Shown here one piece after another: positions 1-64,000 of a stretch of 64,000 nucleotides of DNA. The notes beneath the pieces are model-generated. The model did no database searches, was not told the DNA's origin, and saw only the letters and a list, made by a program, of their open reading frames with translations. Each line of letters opens with the position of its first letter. Position 1 is the stretch's first letter. Origin of the DNA: Malacoraja senta (taxonomy: Eukaryota); NCBI GenBank assembly GCA_038087875.1, contig CM075984.1:5394001-5458000 (forward strand), in the 5' to 3' direction. Position numbers and translations under genes: made by a program.

Positions 1-690
1 CATTCTTCACTGGTTGAAATCACTTTTGTCGACAAGAGTGGATTGACAGTAATTACTTGGTTTGGAATTATCCTCTTTTTGTGAACAGGGCAATTTTCCA
101 TAATGACCAGTAGATGCCAGTGTTGTAAATGTACTCAAGCAGTTTAGCACAGAGAGCTAATTGTGGAGCTAGCATCTGCAGTATTATGGCTGAGATGTTA
201 TCTAGACCCATACCCCTTTCAGTATCTAATGTTCTTCGCCTTTTTAAAAAATATGATGTAGAGTAAATGGAATTGGTTAAAGATTGGCCTCCATGATGGT
301 ATTTCCAGGAACTGGTTAAGATGGATAATTTATTTGGCACTACTGGCTGAATGTGGTTTCTATCACACTTGCATGCTGGCCTTTACCATTGTTGAGGGTG
401 GGGATGTTCTTGGAGCTGCCTCTTTTTGTTAACTGTTCAATTGTCCACCACAATTGATGGCTAGGTGTAGTGGGATTGCAAAATGTCAATCTGATTTGAT
501 GATTGTGGGATCACTTAGCTCTGTCTACTGCTTGATGATTTTATGGTTTAGCATGCTCATAATCCTGTATTACAGCTGCATGAGGCTGAAACCTCGTTGT
601 CTTTGGGTCTGCCCGATTTAACTCTCATCATGCCCTCCTGCACTACCCATTGAACCAGGGTTGATACAAGAGATTAACGATAATGGTAAA
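1..690 (-). mobile_element. old CR1-type LINE ORF2 remnant
   Basis: ORF 68-340 reads GLDNISAIILQMLAPQLA..AKLLEYIYNTGIY, the typical pre-RT segment of CR1 ORF2. Confidence 0.6.
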
Positions 691-701
691 CTGAGGTAAA
701 T

Positions 702-833
702 GGTCTGAAGAAGAGTCTCGACCCAAAACGTCACCCATTCCTTCTCTCTAGAGATGCTGCCTGTCCTGCTGAGTTACTCCAGCCTTTTGTGTCTTATCTT
801 CGGTTTAACCAGCATCTGCAGTTCCTTCCTACA
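702..833 (+). mobile_element. Penelope-like pseudo-LTR fragment with hammerhead-like core
   Basis: Same sequence as the 3' ends of GIY-YIG-bearing copies elsewhere in the window; flanked by ATGGTAAA(C/G)TGAGG at 683-696 and 835-848. Confidence 0.7.
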
Positions 834-1493
834 CATGGTAAAGTGAGGATTGTGCTGGACAATAATGTTATACGTTGTACATTTCTGTTACTATTGAGAG
901 TCAACAACATTTTGTGGATGCCTGGTTTTGAGCTGTCAGATCTTTTTTGAAAATACCCCATGTAGTAAGTGTGATACAACAAAAGGAGGATTGACCTAAA
1001 ATAGGTATTTGTATCCACTAGGACAGTGTGGTTAATTTATTAAGTATGATAATATCCATGTAATCTATGCATATGAGCTGTACTCATTCTCGCACATGCT
1101 CAGACTACCGCGTATAATTATGTAAATCAGTCAGTGACCTTTAACTTGGAAATAAATAATTCTTGCTTTTGATCCCAACACATCTTTCTCCGTCTAATAT
1201 GTGCTAGTTTTACCTATATCGTAAGCAGACACATATCAAAACATTAAGTGCAGTTAAATGTATTAATGTTCTGTTCAAATGGAAAAAGTAGATAAGCACA
1301 CCTTTTTAATTATGTTCCATCTGTTTGAGTCTTGCTAGGGTGTGATGGTACCTGGAGTTAGTTGCTCCTAATGAGCTACATTTGGTTTTCAGCATCACTT
1401 CCTTTAACCTGCTGCTGTGTATTGCTGCCTGTGCCATTGGCTTAATGTGCATTGCCTAGGTGTCATAACTTTACACCTCCTCAACCTGTTTAG

Positions 1494-57919
<56,426 letters not shown>

Positions 57920-58890
57920 TACAATCTACAGGACTTTCTCCACGATCAAGTACTTGATAACTGTGGCAGTTGCCTCCATTTCTCTATCCAGGGACAATGC
58001 AACCTCAGTTGTTTTACAGCACCTTGCACCATCCATGTACATTCGGAGTGCTTCTAGCTGCTCTGTCAAACCACCTTTCATATTTTCACAACATATGGAG
58101 TTAATTATCTTAACTTTAAAAGCACTTGTAGGGTTCAGACAGCCTTAGATATTCTATTGTTCCATATGCCTATAGTCAAGCTTTACACATTACAGATCTA
58201 TAAATCAGTACATAGAATATTTGAAATGCATACTACATGCTGTACTTTACTTTGTATTCTATTTTTGCACTATTAATATTGTGCTTTATTTTATATTCTA
58301 TCCTGTACAGTTTTGCACTGTATCAGTCTGCTATTTAACTGTGAGACAGTTGTCGATGTCCAGCTATATTTATATAGAATAAAGAGTGCATCTATTCATA
58401 AATCAACAGATTAAAATACATGACTGTTTTATCCATACAGCATTGAGTGTTGCTTGGGTAATGGTATTGAATGGATATATTTAATAGAATTCTGATTTTA
58501 GAATGGCACTAGTTTCTTTGGGTTTTTGTTATTGAGTAAAAATATACCTCAGGTTCAACGTGCATTTTACTGTATGGTTTGCACTGTTGCCAATTAATGT
58601 CAATTTGTACAGTGGGTAAAAATTTACTTTCTGAAGTCCACATGAAAGTGGTCATTCTTGATGCCATAGAAGCTTGTTTTACCTGTCCAGACTATGTTGC
58701 ATGTATTTGTCAGAGCCTTAGCATGATTTTGCAAACTAAGCAAACATGCCTTGTCAAATCTTTAAATATAAATAAACTATTTTCCGCCTAATACCTTTTA
58801 GATTTATTGTGCCTCAATAAATATTGCCAATAAGACTTCTACAATACTTGTATTAAGAGTGGATAATAAAACTGAAAGGAAGTCTTTCTT
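57920..58890 (+). promoter_or_regulatory. ABCC5: ABCC5 3' UTR with candidate polyadenylation signals
   Basis: AT-rich stretch without recognisable TEs after the stop; AATAAA at 58378, 58771, 58816 and 58865. True 3' end unknown. Confidence 0.6.
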
Positions 58891-59756
58891 TCATCTTGGT
58901 TATTATTAATCTTGCACAAATAATCAGTGTTCATTATTATAGTTGTGCAAACACCAGTGCAATAGGTAGATCAGCAATTTTGGCTTTGTGAAAGCGATTC
59001 CTTTAATGCAAGAGCTTGTCATTAAACATGCAAGATTTGAATCTGTTAGATGTCTGTCAACATCTCTATACTTGCAGGATATGTGAAATTTGGTGAAAAC
59101 ATGTTTGCCAAAATATTCATCTTGATAGGAATGATCAATATTGCACATAACTGAGGAAAACACTCCAAAAACATCCCACTCCAGGCCTACAGAAAATTTA
59201 AATTAATCAGCAAGCCAGCGTTTCGGCTCTCATTGCAAGGGCTGGGAATGTGAGGGGAAAAGAAAGTCACTGCAGATTTTGATTGTTTCAGTGGGGAATC
59301 ACAAATAAGGCCTTATTTTCTGTTTAAACAAACTACAAAAACAGGTGAGAACTCAAGATAGTGTGATGCAAACCCAATGGATATGTCACTTGTTTTCCGA
59401 AATACATGAACAAAGGCTGTAAGAAGAATGGGCCATCAAAGGCACTGTGATTCAGGCTATTCAGGAGAAAGCGCATAAAAAAGAACATGGTGGTGTGGAT
59501 GGATAATATAGACAGGAGGATACAGTTCTTTGCAGCAACAAGTATGAGCCGAAAGTTTGTTGCCTACTCAATAGCAGAGTGAAGGACATCACTGGTGGGG
59601 AGAAGGATCATGCTAAAGAGCAAAATCCTAAAAATAGTTGTCCCTAAATTGCCATCAAGGTCACATGTAAATTGGCACAGGATGAGACGTAGGATTCCTG
59701 GGGTACTGGCAACAATTTTAATTGTTCCAATGGGATTGGCTTCACTTCATGAAAAT

Positions 59757-60240
59757 ACAAGAAACTGAAGATGTTGATTTACAAGAATAGACACAAAGTG
59801 CTGAAGTAACTCTGGGTTAGGCAGCATCTCTGGAGAACATGGTTAGGTGATGTTTTGAGTTGGGAACCTGCAGGCTCATGGTGGGGGGGGGGGGGGTTAA
59901 GAAAGCTTGAAGAGAAGAGGCAGGACAATGCCTGGCAAGTCATAGGTGGATACAGAATGGGGGGGGGGGGATTGAAAGGCAGATGACTGGGCAAAAGCCA
60001 TAGATGAAAAGACAAGATGTGAGATGAGTAGAGAAGAGCAAATTGTTAGGCCAGAGGAAGTAATCTAGGGGGAAGGGAGAAATGGGTGTGCGTCTAGGTG
60101 GATCCCCCCCCCCCCCGCGTCTTAGATGGATATCTCAAGTCTCTTGCGTGACCCATAGCTTTATTCCCCTCCCCAACCCGAAATGTCAGCTATCCATGTT
60201 CTGCAGAGATGCTGCCTGACCCGCTGAGTTATTGTGTCTT
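59757..60240. mobile_element. fold-back pair of inverted Penelope pLTRs
   Basis: - strand pLTR at 59757-59870; + strand pLTR at 60175-60240. Confidence 0.65.
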
Positions 60241-60317
60241 TTTTTACAATTAACAATGTCCTGATTATGTAGAGATGCCAGCTAGATCTTGCAGGGCTAT
60301 TTTTTTCTGATGAATTA

Positions 60318-60523
60318 AGGGCCTGTCCCACTTACGCGATATTTTTCGCGAGTTACGCGCTGTCGCGGGGTGACGCCTGTTTGGTGGTGAGTAGTCGCCC
60401 AAAGAGTCATACCTTTTTCTGGTCGCCGCTGGATTTTCAATGTTGAAAATTTTCGGTAGCCTGCTGCAACTGTGACAGGTGCCGGCAAGTCACCGAAAAA
60501 ATCGTGTAAGTGGGACAGGTCCT
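60318..60523. mobile_element. PIF/Harbinger MITE
   Basis: TIR AGGGCCTGTCCCACTTAC / GTAAGTGGGACAGGTCCT, TSD TTA. Confidence 0.88.
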
Positions 60524-61382
60524 TTAACCTTTTCCAATTAAGGTTTGGGTTTATTATTGTCAAGCGTACTGAGGTACAGTGAAAAACGTTTTGCATGCTA
60601 TCTAATCAGATCAGATAATATATATAGATACAAATCAAGTCAATAGGTAGAGCAAAGGGGAAGAAACAGAGTGCAGCATATAGTTCTTAACCTTGTAGCA
60701 CGAGTTCCCTAGTACCCTAGCTTATGGAAGGTCAGAGGTCATACATAAATGAATATCATCTATACACTGACCTTATTGCTTGATATTTTTTTAACGTTCA
60801 AGCCTATTCCTCCACGAGTCACTTGTGGATTTTAGCTGGGATTGTCCCAAAATTAAAAAATTGCCAGAAGCATTGAAACATAGAGGCTATTAAATTATTA
60901 AATTAATGCTACAAGGTTTACACTTTCAGGTTATTCCAAAGTAAACTTGGGTTTTGTTAGTAAGTAATTAGCTACTACACAACCACAGAGACATCTATTC
61001 AATGCTGTGGGTAGCAATAGGAAAACAATTATTAAATGGAACAGCTGGAAAATTTGTGTACAACCAATGCCTCAGATTCTTCATCTCATCGAATGTCCTG
61101 TACAATTGGTAGAATTATGACAATAAAAAGCTTCCTTGGTGAAAAAGGTGTATAGAGCTGGTTTAAGAGAAGTTTGGTTTCATTTCAGACGTTGGATAGA
61201 GCGTAACAGTTTTTGTATGGATAGTTTTGGTTATTTTGTCAGCTGCCAATTATGTACTTCATTCTATAAAAGGTTTGTATTACTGGCATGAAAACCCTAC
61301 TTTTATTCTTTAGAAGGGTGAACAAAAGTAATGAGATAAGGAATAACCATAAAACCTTCAGGTCCATTTCACTCTTCGGTAA

Positions 61383-62048
61383 TTTCTGCTGCTGTCGCTG
61401 CCCCAGCATGGTGCCGCAGCGCTCATACTGGCAAGCTAGAAGCCATCCTCAACGACACCATGCGGTTCATCACCGGCTGCCTACGTCCTACTCCGACGGA
61501 TATTCTGCCGGTGCTCGCGGGTATCGCAGAGTACTTCACCCACAGGCTGGTGTGCAAGGCCCCATCAGATGCCAAACATCCTTTGCACCACCTCGCCCAG
61601 GACTCACAGCAACTGGGACCTCAACGCCTGTCATCTCGTCGCCCCTTCTCCCGTCACGCAGCGACCCTCTGCGGCTCTGGTTTCAACACACTAGGAGCAT
61701 GGAGAACCAGCTGGGATCAGACTTCATGACCTCCTCAATTCACTGTTGCACTGAACACCACAGCCCCACCCGTCTCGGACCTGCCCCGAAAAGATTGGGT
61801 CGCCGTTAACCGGCTCCGTACAGGGGTCGGCCGGTTCAACGCAAACATGCATCACTGGGCGCTGCGTTCATCAGCAGCCTGCGTATGTGGAGCAAACCAG
61901 AAAATAGCGCAGCACGTCATTTTCGACAGCACTGTTCACCGCCACCCTGGTGGAGGGGTAGACCTCACGGCCTTCAACAACAGCACATTGAACTGTCTAC
62001 AACGCCTGGAGGCCATTACATAACCTCTGCTGCCTCAAACGCAAGAAG
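61383..62048 (+). mobile_element. Vingi (Ingi-clade) LINE 3' fragment
   Basis: APAWCRSAH, LNDTMRFITGCLRPTP..LPVLAGIA, DLPRKDWVAVNRLRTGVGR, CVCG zinc knuckle; ends ACGCAAGAAG; possible degraded TSD ACTCT(T/A)C(G/A)GTAA. Confidence 0.8.
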
Positions 62049-62749
62049 ACTCTACAGTAAGATCACAGCTGACCCGATCATTAGCTGTAGATTAATTTCT
62101 CTTCAATTTGATCCTACTAATCTCTGATTTTCATGTTGAAGGTCAAAAATCTCTTGGCCTTCAAGATATATTTAATGACTCATTGCCCAGAGGAATCTGG
62201 GGTCAGAATTCCAAAGATTCTTGATTAAATTTCTTATATCACATCATGCAGTTTTCCAAATACTCACCATCTTCTCCTGAATAATCTATTGCTTTCTAAG
62301 GAAAATTCACTACTGCGCCACCTTTTTTTCCAATATAACTACCCATCCCTTCCTGGCACTTGACCGCTTTTCATTTAACCCTTTTCAAAGTGCCATACTA
62401 TGGAATATTCACTACCTTGGCATGGTTCACCTGTCTCCAATGGCTATTTGATCAAACTCTTACTCCAATTTGTACCACCAATTAATATATTACGTGCTTT
62501 TTTTTTGTCTTTAGTTTCAACATGGTTATGTTTTTTTCTTGCTAGAAACCCTTTTTGATCCTGTACTGCCATCATTATATGTCTACATCTTCTTGTCGCA
62601 CTCTGCTTCTTAGTTAAAGTGAAATTACCCTTGAAATTTGAACATTTCCCATGCCTGAAACCTTCCACCCACCATTTAATTTAAACCGTTGTTTACTATT
62701 GGTTGTTCAATTTTCCATAACACTGGTCCCAACATCATTCAAGTGAAAA

Positions 62750-63868
62750 AAAGACACAAAGTGCTGGAGTAACACAGTGGGTCAGGCAGCATCTCTGGAG
62801 AACGTTGATAGCTGTAGTTTTGAGTTGTGAGGGAAGAAGTGAGAGTTTTGTAGTTACCTATAATTGGAGAATGTAATGTTCATACCGTTGGAATGTAAGC
62901 TATCCAAGAGGAATATGAGGTGTCCCATAATTCTGCTGTCGCTCCCTCGTTGCAACAAGGAGAGTTCCCCTGCTCCTCGCCTTTTACCCCACCAGTCTTC
63001 ACATCCATGTGACATTTCCATCACCTCCAAAGTGATCCTATCAACAGTCACATCTTCCCATCCCCACCCCTTTCCGTGTTCAGCAAAGGCCGTTCCCTCA
63101 ACACCTTGGTCTACTTATCCTTTCACCCAAACCACCCCTTCCCCTGTAACATTCCCCTGAAGCCACAAGAGATGGAACACCTGCCCCGTCACCCCCATCC
63201 AGCAACCCTAGCAGTTTTTCCAAATGAGACAGAGGTTCACGTACACATCTTCTAACCTTATCAACTGCATCCAATGTTCCTGATGCGGCCTCCTGTACAT
63301 CGACGAGACTAAGGGTAGACTGGGCAACAATTTTGCCTAACACTTGCGCTCATTCCGACAAGGCCTACGGGATCTACTGGGTGCTAACCATTTTAACTCC
63401 CCCTTCCAAACTGTCCCAGGCCTCCATCATTGTCAGAGTGAGCCCACATGGAAACTGGAGGAACAACACCTCATGTTCCGTTTGGGTGGCTTACAACCTA
63501 ATGTATGAGCATTGAATTGCCAATTTTATGTAACTTGCCTACAAACTTCCCCTTCTCCCATCACCAGCTGTTCCCTATGCCCCACCTGGACGTGCACCTG
63601 TTTCTCCCTCCATTTATATTCCCTCCACTGGCTTCACAATTCACACTTCTATCCTTATTTTAGCTTTTATCTTTTCATCTCTGGCCTTTGGCTAACCATC
63701 TGCCTAACAACCTCACACCTTCCCTCCCTCTACCTATTACTAGCTAAGCTTTGTCCTGCCTTTCCTCTCTTGCAGCTTTCTCCCCTCCACCACAACCAAT
63801 CTGAAGAAAGGTCCCCACTCGAAACATCACCCGTCCCATGTCCTCCAGGGATGCTGCCTGACCCACTG
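62750..63868. mobile_element. Penelope-like 3' end (+) with an inverted 5' pLTR segment (-)
   Basis: - strand pLTR and GIY tail at 62750-62925; + strand GIY-YIG remnant and pLTR to 63868. Confidence 0.75.
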
Positions 63869-64000
63869 TTCAAAATACTGACATGCTTTAGGATGAAGAC
63901 ATTTACTATTTTTAGGATCCTGTGAACATTTTCAGTCCAGTCATCAGTGCAGCATAAAGTGCTCTTGATTTAATTATGGGCTCCCTACTTCACTTGGTGA

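Overview
Vertebrate genomic DNA, most likely an elasmobranch (skate/ray/shark), inferred from HE1-type V-SINEs and abundant CR1, Penelope and Rex1 copies. The + strand carries the 3' 20 coding exons of ABCC5 (MRP5), from 1494 to the stop at 57917-57919. All introns are GT-AG and phase-compatible, and the joined exons give 2895 nt (964 aa + stop), covering NBD1, TMD2 and NBD2, followed by an AT-rich 3' UTR. The 5' exons lie upstream of the window. Introns are packed with nested mobile elements: a structurally complete but decayed DIRS1-type tyrosine-recombinase retrotransposon, a Tc1, CR1, Rex1, Penelope, Vingi, non-autonomous Helitrons, Harbinger MITEs and several non-tRNA SINE-like elements. 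The most notable observation is a pair of tiny TSD-flanked retroposons on the - strand. The one at 46565-46700 starts with a minimal, P4-less HDV/CPEB3-like ribozyme fold whose predicted cleavage site is the element's first base. The one at 9646-9797 retains the 3' half of a related fold. Their tails resemble that of a Vingi LINE in the same window. Also notable are a Helitron carrying a SAC3D1-like exon end and a GC-rich retroposon family with interchangeable LINE tails. Family names come from recalled motifs, not database searches, and TE boundaries without TSDs are approximate.
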